A stretch of DNA of 64,000 nucleotides. Source: Chrysomallon squamiferum. Taxonomy: Eukaryota > Animalia > Mollusca. Under the pieces are notes generated by a model. That model searched no databases. It was given only the letters and a program-made list of their open reading frames with translations, and had not been told where the DNA came from. Numbering within the stretch: position 1 is the stretch's first letter; the number at the start of each line of letters is the position of its first letter. Below are positions 12,711 to 26,340 of the stretch, piece by piece. Location of the stretch: NCBI GenBank assembly GCA_012295275.1, contig CM022665.1, positions 31,062,001 through 31,126,000 on the forward strand, read 5' to 3'. A program made the position numbers and the translations under genes.

Positions 12711-15177
12711 GAAAATCATTTTTGTATGCAAAAAAACCACAACCCTTCCCCTGACAAACTTAGCATCAAATTAGATATCTGTTTGGTTCCATCTGAAATG
12801 TAAAAATAATCTGTGGCTTAAAGAAAAATATTACAATGGTTGAAAAACCTTTTATTCTGCACCAAATTATTGTATTACATATAATGCAATACTGGCGTTT
12901 TAATTTCTTTATTTCTTTTTTCTTTACCAAATAAACCACAATTTATTGTGTTCAAACACAAAAGACACTGTAATATTTTAAACAATAAAATTATAAAAAG
13001 AAGCAAAATTTGCAAAGCATATTTTTCTTACATACATTTAAACTCTAAATATGTGTATAGGATAAAAAAAAAGACTTTATAAATTTAGCTGAATATGTAT
13101 ATTGCAGTTTTGGAACATGATATTGCAAAAAATAACAGTAAAAAAAAAACCAAACATTAATATGCATAAGTATATAAATAATTCAATATTTTAATAATAT
13201 ATAAATATATTTTTGTAATTTTTCAAACAGATTTTAATTACATTTTGTGCTAAAACATGTATCTAAAAACATTATATATCTAAATGTAGATGATAATGAT
13301 TTATCACTAAAAACATTTAGTTTGATTTACCTCAGGACACTACTAAAATATTCAAAAAGATTTAAAAAAATAAAAAAAATCTCTTGTCAATCTATTGTTG
13401 TATAAACAATAGCTTACATTTCAACATGAAAATTAATATTAAGTTAAAATGTACTTCATGAACTAAAACGTTCAGACAAGTACAAGTGAGACTCCACTGA
13501 ATATTAATATACTACAACTGGAGGAAAATGAATATGTTAGCTCTAAAGATAAGGTACAGATTACATTTCTGTTTATAAAAACATTTATAAAATATTACAT
13601 TTTGTGTTTATTAAAACAGCTAAATTTATTGCTCAAATAGAATAAATTTTTAAATTTTAAAATTAACTATATCAATGTCCTTTAAACTAAAACACAAACA
13701 AACTTTTTCATTGTTTTAATTTAACCAAAACACTTTTTTCTTTTTTTTTGACTGTGAATGTAGACACCCCCCCAAAAAACCTCCAAAAAACAAAACAATT
13801 GTGGTACCTATAATGATTTAACTGGTTTTTAATTAATGATATATAAAACTTAGTAAAAGAATTACATGATTCAAAGTATATATTAGTGAATATGAAAGTT
13901 ACTTATTTTTGAATAAATGACTTGAACCTATTACTAATTGTTCAAAGAAATGAAATTAACAATATTTGCTACAATCTGTAATAAACAAAAATACCAATTA
14001 AATTCAGTCTTTGATCAAAATATTTGTTTCAATTTTAAACAATGCATTTTTAGCAATTTCCAAAATTGAATTACCTGTTAAACATATTTATTAATTTCAC
14101 CTTGCTTTATACATACATATTTGTTATTAAAATTTATAATATAGGCATCAGCCTATTGTCCAGTTTGATGGCAAATAAATTAATAAAAGTGAATATATAC
14201 GGGAACACTTGCTAGAGGAAAAATCAATCAATACTGAAACATAAGAAAAATGTGACCTGTGCTCATGCTTATAAATTGTAAAGTGATTTGGGCAACAAAC
14301 ATTTAGACTCATAATTTCATTCTAATCACAAGAGATAAAAAGTTATATTCTAAATTTAATTTTCTTAAGTGAGGTATCCAAAAAAAAAAAAATAAAATAA
14401 AAATAATAATAATAATTAAAAAAAAAAAATAAATAAATAAAATTATAAAAATTATATTGCAGCAACACATACTAACATCGCAATATTTTGTAACTAGAAA
14501 TAAAAACACTATCTGTTACTCAATGAGGTAGTTAAGCTGTATTTTAGTCCAGAACCTCTCATACATACACCTCCACCAAAAATTTAAAATAAACAATGGG
14601 TACTCAGGTCAGAAGCATTTCAAAATACTTTTAATTCTTTTTATTAAAAAAAACTCAAACAAACAAATAAAAAAGCTTATTTAAATGCTGATTTTTTTTT
14701 CATGCATACTCATACTGTTATATATGTGTATTCTTACTTTGGTTTTTAAAAATCTGGGTGTTTTATTTAGAAATGGCACACTAAGAATACATCACACAAT
14801 TAAACAACTTTGATTGAAAACAGTGTAGTGTCATGTAACAACAAAATTTTGAAAATACTTTGCTATTTAAATAATAACACAGGCTAGACACTTCTGTTCT
14901 TGGTACACAGGTGGATCCATCATATTTTTATTACATTAAAGTGAACTTGTAAGTTATCCAGTCAGACTCCTTTGACAAATTTAAGAGACTCAATGTGTGC
15001 AGCACTAGCCTGGCTCTCTGTAATTTATTCTTGGAAAATTAACCATGGTTTCCCATCTGCAGATTCCACTAAGCCTGACATCATTCATAAGAATGATTTG
15101 ACAAATTAAATAAGTTCTGATCAGAACAGACTTCAAGCAGTGCACAGACAAACTTAACCATTGGTGCTTTAGACTGG

Positions 15178-18100
15178 TCAGCCATTTGTGTTATATGATC
15201 TACTGATTGTGTTGTTTGTAGTCATGGCAGCTAACTCCCACCTGAAACACAATTAAGCCATTGCACATATGACTGACAACTTGATGGTTGAGATTTAGTG
15301 TGTGAACATAACTTGTTTTAATACAAACATTTGCTCTAATTAAAAATACAAAAATAAAGTTATCTTATTTATGAATTCAGTTTCCAAAATTTTACCTTCA
15401 AAATTATATCATAAGTATAATAATATTATATATTTATCTTTTTTAAAATCATGATTAATAAATTGTCTTGATAACTCCCAAATACAACACAAGTTTTAAT
15501 ATAACTATTAAATATATGACAGAAAGATAGCTTACTGATAAACCAAAATAAATGCACAGACCTGATGTCAACAGGCAAACAGGATGTGTCCAGCTTCAAC
15601 CTCAAAACACATATTTCACAGAGAGTTTTCAAAGATGGTGCTGAAATAGAAAAAAACAAACACAAAGAAATAGAAAATTATCTTTCAGTATATGAGAGTT
15701 GGTAATATAAATACACTGATCAAAGCTGACATTTTAAGAACATTACAAGTGCATACCTGAGATTGAAACAGTAGTAGTTTCATGATAAAGAGAATGATGG
15801 AAATTCACTGATTATGTTCAGTTCTTTTTTTTAAAGTATTCTTTATACATGAGTGAAATAAATTTGATAGATGAAAGATGGGAATTTTTACTTACCAAAA
15901 TCCAGAATATGTAGATCTGAATGATCAATGAGATCGCTTTCTAACAATGGCAGCTGGTTTCGACGTGTGCCATATTCTGGGCATTTTGGACTAAGATGAA
16001 AAAAAGAACAATAGTCACAAAAATGTTTACCCAACCACTGATCTTCAGATCTTGGATTCAAGACTATTCAGTCAAAATTATAACCTGATACAAAATGTTT
16101 TACAGAATAATAACATCTGAATTTTACAGTTAATGGAAATATGTTCTGGAAGAATAGTTAGATTTAGTTACTGAAATATAAATGAATATATAAATATTTT
16201 GAATTTTTTTTCTAAAGAAAGCTTTTCATTGCAGGAATATTTCAGATTTATAAAATATATAATACCTAGTTCCTCCAAACAAGTAGACTTTCTCTCCAAT
16301 CATACAGCAGCACTGTCGTCTCCGGGGACAAGGACCCTGACCCCAAATCTTTACAATTGTCCACCGCATGTGAACTGTCGTAAAAAAAAAAATAAAAATA
16401 AATATGTATATATATATATATAAAAGAAAACAGCATTACATTCAGACTACTAATTAAAATTAATGATAAGCAGTAAAAATTCCTAACCTGGGTCAAATCT
16501 GTACACATCATTGTAATGAAAGTCAAAGAGTCCATTGTAACCTCCAAATATGTACAGCATACCACTGTATAGAACTGAAACAGTTATTCTTAAATTAGTG
16601 TTCATAACCAAAATTTTTATTTTAATACACACAATTTTAATTGCAATACCATTTATATTTAAATACATTTTTCATCATGAAACTAGAAATACCACTGCAC
16701 ATTGTAGGAATTATTAAATATAAAATTCTAAATACACCTTAAATAATCCACATACAAATCTTAACACAAAAACAGTTTCTTAAAACAGAATTTTAGCTCA
16801 TTGGTATATGATAATATTGTATATAATATAATAATGTTAAATTCAGAAAATACAGAAAAAAACAAGAAAAGAAAGAACCTGTAAATAAATATTTTTATAG
16901 CTGTTTCAGATTTTGTTATTACTTCAACTCACATGCTGAGTGGCTGCGTCTGCCAGGGGGTATATCCCCACAGGTTATAGGTTCATACCATGTGTTATTC
17001 ACTGTGTCAAATATTTGCATTTTATTACAGTAGATCTCATTGTTAGTGAACAAATCTCCACCTTCATCACTGCGACCTCCAAAAACATACATCCTACTGC
17101 CAACTGCTGTTGCTGTGTGAAAGTCTCGCCAATAGGCAGGCCTTCCCTACAAACAGCAGTTCACATTAAACATTTCTAATTAAATAGGATTTTCCACTAA
17201 TTTCACATATTTTGTATTTTAACAGGGAAAATGTGCAGAGACTAACTGTAGAAAACTCAGATTATGAATGTACAAAGCAAATTACAATGTACCAGTGAAG
17301 GTCAAATATTTTCACTGAAATCGAACCAATTGTCAGAGTGAGAGATTAAATGTAAATATTAAAATGAAAGTTACCTGACCTTGTCAGTTATATAGACCAT
17401 TTGTTCAATCTTAGTCAACTTCAAAATTCATTCACTAATTAATGTATCAATAAGCTGATAAAAAACTTGAGAAAATAATATAAACGCACTGAATATATGC
17501 TACAGTAATAACTTACTTTACTTAATGTTTTGACAGCTATCCAAGTCATTGAGCCAAAATCAAATGCATGAACATCATTGGAAAATCTATCAATCTATAA
17601 ATTAAAATAAAATGAATAAAAGCTAACAAAATTTTAGCAAATCTGGATTCTGTTTTTCATGTTTCATATTTTTCTTTTTTTTAATTTACAAACAGCTTCA
17701 TTAAGGTGTCAACACTTAAATGTAACAAGCAGTTATTTAAATCAAAGCATTTTATATTGTTTATTAAAAATAAAATAACACATTTTATTCTTCCAAGAAT
17801 TTTGATTGTTCGGCTTAAAAAAATAAAATCACTTATATTTTCAAAGCTATTTGTTGCAGTCAATCAATGTTCATGAGATGATGTAAATTTGACCACAACA
17901 TTAATATTTATATAAGAAAAAGAGTCACAGGTCCCACCTCTTCTTCATAACCTCCATATATGTACAACTTGTTGTTAATGACACAAGCCGAATGTCCATC
18001 TCGTGCTCCTGGCACATCACCATACACTACTGGTTTTGACCAGCGGTTTGTTGCTGAGTACAAATCATAATAAAGAAAAATCTTAAAATGCAGTGGTAAA

Positions 18101-19201
18101 AAGAAATGTACTTTCAATATGTACGTAATATTTGTCTTTTGTTGCTGTGAGTGCAGATTATAGCAAAGTAAAATGTTAAAATTAATTTTCAGTATAATAA
18201 TAATAATAATAATATTTAAAACCAAAGTTTATTTTCAACTGATCAATAATATTTGTGATTTAATGTGAATAAAGTACATTTTTAAGATCCCTACAGCATG
18301 TCAGAAAAAATTTCCAACTAAACCAAAAAAAAAAGAAAAAACATTTTTAAAACCTTTTTTTCAATCTGTTGAATAGCAAAATTTTTAAACCCATTTAAAA
18401 ATGGCTGAAAAAATTATCCAACAAAACATATTTTAAAATATTCTATTTTTTCTGTATATTACTTGAACCTCTTCATTTATCAATCAGTACTTTGGGTTTT
18501 TAATAATCAAATCCATCAAGCATTGCAGAATTTCAATTTATGTTTCCTAATTCAACTAAAATTATGATAGAAAAAGCAAAAAGTACTTACTACTGTCAAA
18601 CTGATAGAGAATATTACAAGCACCATCTTTATCATTCCTGCCTCCCCAAATGTATGCACAGTCACCTACAGCAACAGCAGTGTGGCCATATCGCTGGTAA
18701 GGAATGCAGGGGTAGTCTGGGTGGCTGGTAGGAACTATTGGTAAAACACGCCATCGAAGAGATACTGAAAATTAATTTCAGACATTGTATTCCAAATAAA
18801 TTACATTTCTTTTGTACTATTACAAAAATTATTAAAATACATACTGCTTTGGATAACACAGTGAATCTACATTATAATTAACTAATATAACTTTTAGTAG
18901 CCATTGAAATATTTTTATTAATGGTTGAAATACATATATACATACATATATATTTATATATAAAAAGGTAAATAATAAAGAAAGTTATTCAATTAATTCA
19001 TGTTGAATAACAGATTTTGTTTCTAAATCATAAAGGTGAAAGTATACTTGTATCAAGAACATAAACATCCATTGGTCGGGTTGTCTCATAGTCTTCGCCT
19101 GTGCAGTATCCACCAAAAGAGAAAATCTTTTCACCGATAGCAACAGCTGCATGATTGACACGTTTAGGTCCACCCTCCAGATGAACAGTCCACCTCTGCA
19201 T
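15178..19201 (-). CDS. KLHDC3: Kelch domain-containing protein 3 (CRL2 C-degron substrate receptor), 10 coding exons, ~389 aa
   Basis: Exons 19201-19048, 18764-18591, 18053-17938, 17594-17517, 17146-16933, 16574-16488, 16374-16266, 15990-15896, 15640-15562, 15241-15178 (1170 nt). MQRWTVHLEGGPKRVNHAAV, RYGHT, PGARDGHSACV, WRDFH, GRRSHSA, GPCPRRRQCCC, DLIDHSDLHILDFAPSLKTLC (BC-box) and WELAAMTTNNTISR closely follow human KLHDC3. Confidence 0.96.
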
Positions 19202-20609
19202 AGCACAGTGACAGCACTATGAAGTCTAAAATGATAAAAATATACAAATAAATATATATGAAATTGTATATATAACAAATAAATATTGCACAGACTATTG
19301 CATATTCATGACTGTTTATACATTCTTGATTTTATAAAATATACATCTACATAAACACTGACTTCATAATAACTTTTTCTGACAAATGAAAAATTATATT
19401 ATTAAAAGAAAAAAAGTATAAATGTATTGGAATTATCTTTATTTAGATACTAAAACATGCTGTACTTACAAATTGGGTCCTATAACCTTTAATACACAGA
19501 TTTAAAACAGGATATAAAAATTAAAAATAAACATATTATTTTCATTATCTAATTATCATTCAATTATATAAGGCTAATTGCCCCAATGAACCCTTTAAAC
19601 TGTATGCAGTATTAACAAATCACATCAAAACAAATATCACCAACAAATCAGATAACTTAAATATGTTTAATACTAGTATTTACTGCTATTTCATGTAAAT
19701 CAACATTTTGTACCTTTGTAAATATGAGTAGACATTAAAATATGTACACCAAGAGAAAATACAAATTTCAACATTTAATGCAAGCTTTTATTTAAATTAT
19801 CTATAAAATTAGATAAAACAGTGATTATATTATTTATTTCTGAAATAAATGAATAAGAAACAATATCATTAAAAAAAAACTTCAAAAAAAAAAATCAAAT
19901 ATATAATCTTTCAAGGACATATACAAATGTATGCTCGATTTATTTGAAACAACTGAAATGTAGAAGATGGAGTACAGTCAGTTTATTTGTCAAACTGCTA
20001 GATGAATCATAGTATTATTCTATTTGATGCATTACTGGGTTATTTGTTATTCCAGCCAGCAACTCCCCAGACTCTTAACCCCCTAAAAATTTTCATAGTC
20101 TGTGATGTTCTATGTTCTAATCAGTAACAATAGGGTTACCTTCATAAAACAAATACAAAAATCATATGTCTGACATTTTAGAATCGTCCAGTTTAAATTA
20201 ATTTTCAGGTGTAAGTAAACAAAAGTCATTCATCCATAACTTGCTGGATTTATTATACTTATAGTAAAACTACAAGGCTACTGCTAACCAACGGACAAGT
20301 TTTCAAATATATATATATATACAAATAGATATTATTTACAGTGTTGCTGGCACCGATATATATATATGTTTTTTTTCTTTGTGCTTGGTACTGAAAAACA
20401 TTATTTATTAGTTTATATAACCTAAAAATAACCGCAAAAATTAAGAAATGTTTTAAGTGTTGAAGTGGTAACGATGATAAATCCAACGTTTGTATTTCAA
20501 TTTTCATTAACCTGATTAACAGTATAAGTGTATGATCAAATGTAAATATAAAATGTCCACGTCAGAAATAAAAGGATATAATGAAATTATTTAAAATAGT
20601 TAAATAATT

Positions 20610-20760
20610 GCGCATACCCACTGCTTCACGTCAAAAAAACTTTAGGAAAACGTTTTTCATAGTAAATGTTGACAATTTCGTAACGCCCTCTTTTGGTAGA
20701 GTTATTTCCCCTAAAAACGGAATGTAGCAGATTAGCTAAAAGGGCCGATTGAAAAATATT
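20610..20760 (-). promoter_or_regulatory. Putative KLHDC3 promoter and non-coding first exon
   Basis: Local CpG enrichment; candidate donor GTATGC at 20617; acceptor just upstream of the ATG exon near 19226. Confidence 0.4.
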
Positions 20761-21533
20761 GTGGGGATTATAAGTATTTCTGAAATGTCGATGTTTCACA
20801 GTAATCATATATCTGTCGATTCTTTTATAATATATACATTTTATTTTATTTTCAGACTTATGTTTTTAATTTTTTTTTTAATTTATATATTATTTTTATT
20901 TATAAATATAAATAAAAAATATATACCTTTTCAACAGAGCACGCCATGTCGTTTACATTTTATAACTTGTTTTTACGAATGAGAATCATCATCATCATCG
21001 TCATCAACCTTTTCTTCCCTTATCTTTGCATGTTAGAAGTGTTCAGAAATAATTTCGTTAATTGATAAAAGACAATTTCCCACCCGTATGATTTTACTAT
21101 AGACGAGAAATTGTTTTGAATAGATTTACCAGTATTTATTTCCTGTTCCAACAACGCCCAAACAGGAATTATTAAACCTGGTGTTTTTTTATCAGTGCAT
21201 GCCAAAACGTGTGGGTATTTGCGTGTATCTATATGCAACCCCCAACCTTTCACCTATTTGTATTTATTTTTTATTTTTTTAACGTTAACCGAAATGTAAT
21301 AATTATTATATAAAAATGACATTAAACAAACGTTCATTCTGTATGTGTGATCACCATTTGGTTATAAACTGAACATGTTCTATCCACTTTCATATTGACG
21401 TTTTCTTTCCGTTTTTGGTGCGTGAAATGAGGATCTACGACTCTTTCCTTCATTCTTTATTAGGTCTTTCTTTATTCGGAAAATTTGAATATGAACCTTT
21501 TAAATGTATTTCGATTCATGCCATTCTGTAACG

Positions 21534-22094
21534 CAGCGGTTCTCAAATGTTTTTACCCATGGACCCCTTTTATTCATAACTTATTTTGGTGGACCCTCAC
21601 AGACATCCAATGCAGAATCAGTTTATGTGATTAGGAACTATACTGTAATGACTGTAAATATATTGACGTTATTTTGAAATAAAGATGTATTTATGAACTA
21701 AATTCTGTAGAACATTTAGGTACACTAGTAAAATGATTTATAATATACCATAAAGAAAAAAATACATATTTATTCATTGAGTTTCCTGTGATTGATGTTT
21801 TTTTTTACGAGTTTTTTTTTAATGTTCGGTTCCAGCGATGTCAGTGATAGTCAAAGTAAACTGATGATGATACCATTGGACCATAAGGCTCCCTTAACTA
21901 AAGTAAACTACTTATAGTAAAGTCGATATGTAAAACGCACCAAGATTGAAATTAAAAGAAAAACCGATGGGTTGTATAAGGTAGGCAGAAATGTAAAACG
22001 AACCCCCCCCCAAAAAAAACCCCATCCTCATTATCGATAATGGAAAAGGTCATTCAGCCACATCTGAAATAGCATTTTTATTTGAGAACCAATG
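21534..22094. mobile_element. Non-autonomous hAT (Charlie-type) MITE, ~560 bp
   Basis: TIRs CAGCGGTTCTCAAA ... TTTGAGAACCAATG; flanking 8-mers CTGTAACG / CTCTAAGG (6/8 match, decayed 8-bp TSD); subterminal GGACCC repeats. Confidence 0.8.
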
Positions 22095-22470
22095 CTCTAA
22101 GGCATTAATGAAATAGAATAAACCGATTCATATGACTTTTTTATATTTATCTATTTATTATCATCATTACAGAATGTCATTGTTCATCAACAAAATAACA
22201 TAAGATTCGTTTTTTTTTTTTTTTTTTTTTTTTAATCTTTATTATACTGAGATAACGTATCAGTAAACAACTAACCAAAGTAAAAGCATTTTCCTTTTCT
22301 TCCAGTATTCTTAAAGAGATTTTTCAATAATGGTTTCAAAAAACTGAAATGTCAATGATTTTACATCATATACTGCAACATCCATTTACAGCTCTTACGT
22401 GACACGATTATTTATTATTTTGATAGAAATAATTCTTAAATTAATATAAATAAATAACATTGTGATAGTT

Positions 22471-23919
22471 CTAAATTTTTAAATTTCGGATGTGTTGGTA
22501 ACCCATTTGACCACATTTTGCACCGGCAACCTTGCATCCAAATGTAATTGCTTCTTTCAAGGTCATTCCTTTGGAAAGAGCACAGATAGTTCCCCCGACA
22601 AATGTGTCTCCGGCGCCTAGCGTGTCCACTACTTTCTCTGGCGGAAACGCAGCAGACGTAACCACACCCTCTTGTTTATTCATGGCTGCTGCTCCCAGTT
22701 CACCCCAAGCACAGATAATTGTAGCACTGAAAAAATAAATGAAACAAAAGGTTTAATTATTATTAATAAAATATATTATTTTTGTTGTTGTTATGTTGTA
22801 ATTTTTTATATTGTTATTTTTGCTGTTGGTATATTAATTTTTTTTTTCTTGAAAATAATTACTACAACTAAATAAATAATAAATAAAATCAATGTAGTTT
22901 TACCCTGCTCTACATTTTTCAAAAAGCATTGTGACCGCCTCTGTCATGTTATTACAGCCAAACTGCTTTGCATAGTCTTTACTCACAAACACGAAGTCTG
23001 CCGTATCAAATAAAATATCTTGAAAAAAAAAAAAAAAAAAAAAAAAATGTACAAAAAGTGTATATTTTCATACCATTTTGGAGCAAAAACAAATTATTTC
23101 TATTTAATAACTGTGGCATTAACAAGGTTTGGACATTTGTGGCGACTGCAGTGCTATTTTTATGGTAAAAATGCAAATATTCATAAATGATACAGTCTGC
23201 GCCTTTTTAAAATTATTATTACTATTATGTTTATGTCGCAGCGCCATCAGCTATTGTTAAGGCTCTGCATCTAAACGCCTTCAGATATCCAATATATTTA
23301 AATATCTTGTTTATATTAACCAATACATTTATTTAAGTAATTTATTATTATTATTAATGACTTACTTGCCTGTAATCTTTTTGGCTTTTCGAGCTCTACT
23401 GACGTTTTTATCTTATTTTCTTTATCTCTGTTATATTCGTCGATGTGCATCAGCATTTTCTTTATTTCATCGCACGTTGGTCTAGCCTGAAATATGCCTT
23501 ACTGTAACTATACATAGCCTATATATATATATATATACACGAGAGACATAACAAATACATGTATGGATATACAATTATATACATATCCTGATATAAAGTC
23601 AACCAACTAATTAATGATGTCGTAGACACTGCATATTCACCATTGATTTGTCTTGATCACTACGAATTAAAGTGCAGTATTTTAATAAGCTAATATACTT
23701 CAAGTGAACAGTTACCTCAAAATGAATCCATTTATAATTTCTCAGATCAGTTCTGGTAAAGTCTGCGTATGTTAATTCAGGAAGATTTCTGGAAAATTAA
23801 TAAATTAAAGGGAAATATATATGCTGTTATAACAACAACAACAAAAAAAAAAAAAAAAAAAAAAAAAACACCAACGAAAACAAATATCAAAATATTTAAT
23901 ACGCAATATTTATAGCTCT

Positions 23920-23976
<57 letters not shown>

Positions 23977-25025
23977 GGACACGAAAGAGAGGTAATACCT
24001 CATTTAAAATAATTAACACTGTATGTATATGTTGAGTGTATGTGTGTGTATGTGTGTATACACAGTATGAAAGACAATTTACAAACTAACTTATTTGTAT
24101 GTAGAATAGTCCTTGAACCATTACTGCTGTTTAGAATAACAATGGAAAGTGGACAGCGATGGCCCTGATATTCCACACAGTGATCAGCTGAAATCCCATG
24201 GTTGACAAAGTCATCTTTCAGAAAACTACAAAATAATTATGTCTCAGTGATTTAACAACCGAAAAATTTCACAAACTGAATTCAACAAGATGTGAAATAT
24301 CATAAATTTAAGAAAAGATTTAAAGTGGGGCACTAGCTAACATCACCAATGCCGTTATAGAACACAAAACGTAAAAATTACAAAAACAAAAACAAAACAA
24401 TCCCCCATCCAAAAAAAAATTAAAAAATAAAGTAAAATAATAATAATAATAATAAAAAAACCTATTAAATAAAATAAAATAAAGTAAAATCATCATCATC
24501 ATCATCATCATAAAGTAAAAGAATATTATCCTGTCTAAACAAGTGACAAAACGTCAACCAATTTGTACCAAATGTACTTACTGAACTTCCTGGCTGTTCC
24601 CAAGAGTGCCCATGAATTCACAAGATTCTCCTAATAAAGCCAAAACAGAAGCAGTGTTGGATGCATTTCCACCTCGTTGCCACAAACCATCTAAACATCT
24701 ACATTTATCACAAAAGCACACAAAAAAATTAAAGATGATGATAATAGTGGTCTTCGTCACTGTAGTGTCTTTAGGATGCAATTACATAAAGACTGAATAT
24801 AATTTAAAGTTGAATTATGAACATTTTATAAAAAATATATTTTTAAATTCAGTTAATAAAAATTAGTTAATTATTTTTTCAATAATTATTTTCATAAAAA
24901 TATCAATTTACAAACTGATATTGTTTGTACCTGCTGTCTGAATCTTCGGCTGGAAACTGATCGACGACGTTTATAATATCAACACAAACTAATCCCACGC
25001 ATAAAATCTTACTATACGACGTCAT
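22471..25025 (-). CDS. KHK: Ketohexokinase (PfkB family fructokinase), 7 exons, ~303 aa
   Basis: Exons 25025-24931, 24698-24582, 24225-24091, 23788-23716, 23486-23366, 23018-22904, 22726-22471 (912 nt). Motifs [56 protein letters not shown] and the PfkB signature [11 protein letters not shown]. Confidence 0.95.
23915..23972. repeat. (CT)n microsatellite
   Basis: Visible run in a KHK intron. Confidence 0.95.
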
Positions 25026-25060
25026 GATACTATATAAATAGACTGAACTTGTAGAGGTGC

Positions 25061-25126
<66 letters not shown>
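25061..25126. repeat. (AAT)n microsatellite ~35 nt upstream of the KHK ATG
   Basis: Perfect run of about 22 units. Confidence 0.95.
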
Positions 25127-25128
<2 letters not shown>

Positions 25129-25276
25129 AGTTATCTGCAGAATATTAGAAAAAAGTTTAAATATTTTTGTGCATTGTTAGTATTTTTTCAAACTCGAATT
25201 ACTATATAGTATAAAATTTAGTTAATATAAATAACAATTTTAACAATTAAAAAATTAAAATCTTAATACCTCACAA

Positions 25277-25277
<1 letters not shown>

Positions 25278-25328
<51 letters not shown>

Positions 25329-25330
25329 AT
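25278..25330. repeat. (CA)n microsatellite
   Basis: Visible run. Confidence 0.95.
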
Positions 25331-26011
25331 ATATACATATAGGGATTAAATGAAGATAAAAGCTTCATCCTGCGAAAGTCAGAATACCAAACTGCAGCGA
25401 GGCTATATCGAGCTTCATTCGATATTCGACCCGAGCATGATAAACTCAGTAACCAGTTATTTCTTTTATCCTGCAATCCTAAATAATACAAAAACTAAAT
25501 GAAATTAACTGATAGATTCGTTGTTGCCTAGAAATCAAAATAGTTCATAAATAACTTTATATTTTTTTAATGAAAACTTTTTCAAACCATTTTATTAGAT
25601 CTAAATCTTCAGCTAAATACTAAAGAAATAATTTTGAACAACACACACACACACACACACACATATATAAATAACAAGTAATTTATCAAAGTAAATACAG
25701 TTCCGTCCCCAAAAGATATATATATGAAATTTATCTAATCACCATATCTTGCTACTACGTACAGTGACTGCAGTATAAATAGAATTATTCGTAAATTTAT
25801 TACTTTTGTTTCTTTGTTTTAAATTTAACAAACCTCTGTTTAAAAAATGTGAATAAATGGCAAAACGGCATTTCATAGAAATAGTTACTATATTGAAAAT
25901 ATGAATTTCAGCAAAAATAAAATTATTAATAATAGCTGAAAACTAATCATTTAAAAATGTTCATATATCCTAAAGAAATTTAATTATCTTATAAATTATT
26001 TGTTGTTGTTT

Positions 26012-26046
<35 letters not shown>

Positions 26047-26214
26047 AATTTAAAAAAAGAAAAAAGAAGCAAATCGGCGTTCCATAGAATTAGAAACAGC
26101 TGGTACTGTTTACAAAATGAAACGTGTGGTAACACCATGGATTAATATTATTCAGTAATTTTTACTTGATAACAGTAAAAATAAGATTCACATTACTGCA
26201 TCCTTATGAAATAA

Positions 26215-26340
26215 TTATTTCAGCGCGTTTTTCTCGTGCGCGTGAATAGACTTACAGATTCTCGAAGAAAACGTAGCGAAATAACCATTCAAGGGAGATA
26301 ACACTATGATGAAAACTTTGTGTCGCAGGTGTAAACTCTT
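26215..26340 (-). promoter_or_regulatory. Putative KHK promoter and non-coding first exon
   Basis: CpG cluster (CAGCGCG, CGTGCGCGTG, TCTCGAAG) with a minus-strand GTAAGT donor at 26255. Confidence 0.45.

Noticed and set aside
19035-19047. U12-like donor GTATACTTT in the first coding-region intron of KLHDC3
   Set aside because: Mismatch at the critical +5 C and no TCCTTAAC branch point near the acceptor; treated as a weak U2 donor
23361-23372. Possible GC-AG intron in KHK (CAG|GCAAGT)
   Set aside because: Only the GTAAGT donor 4 nt further on gives the phase needed by the next exon
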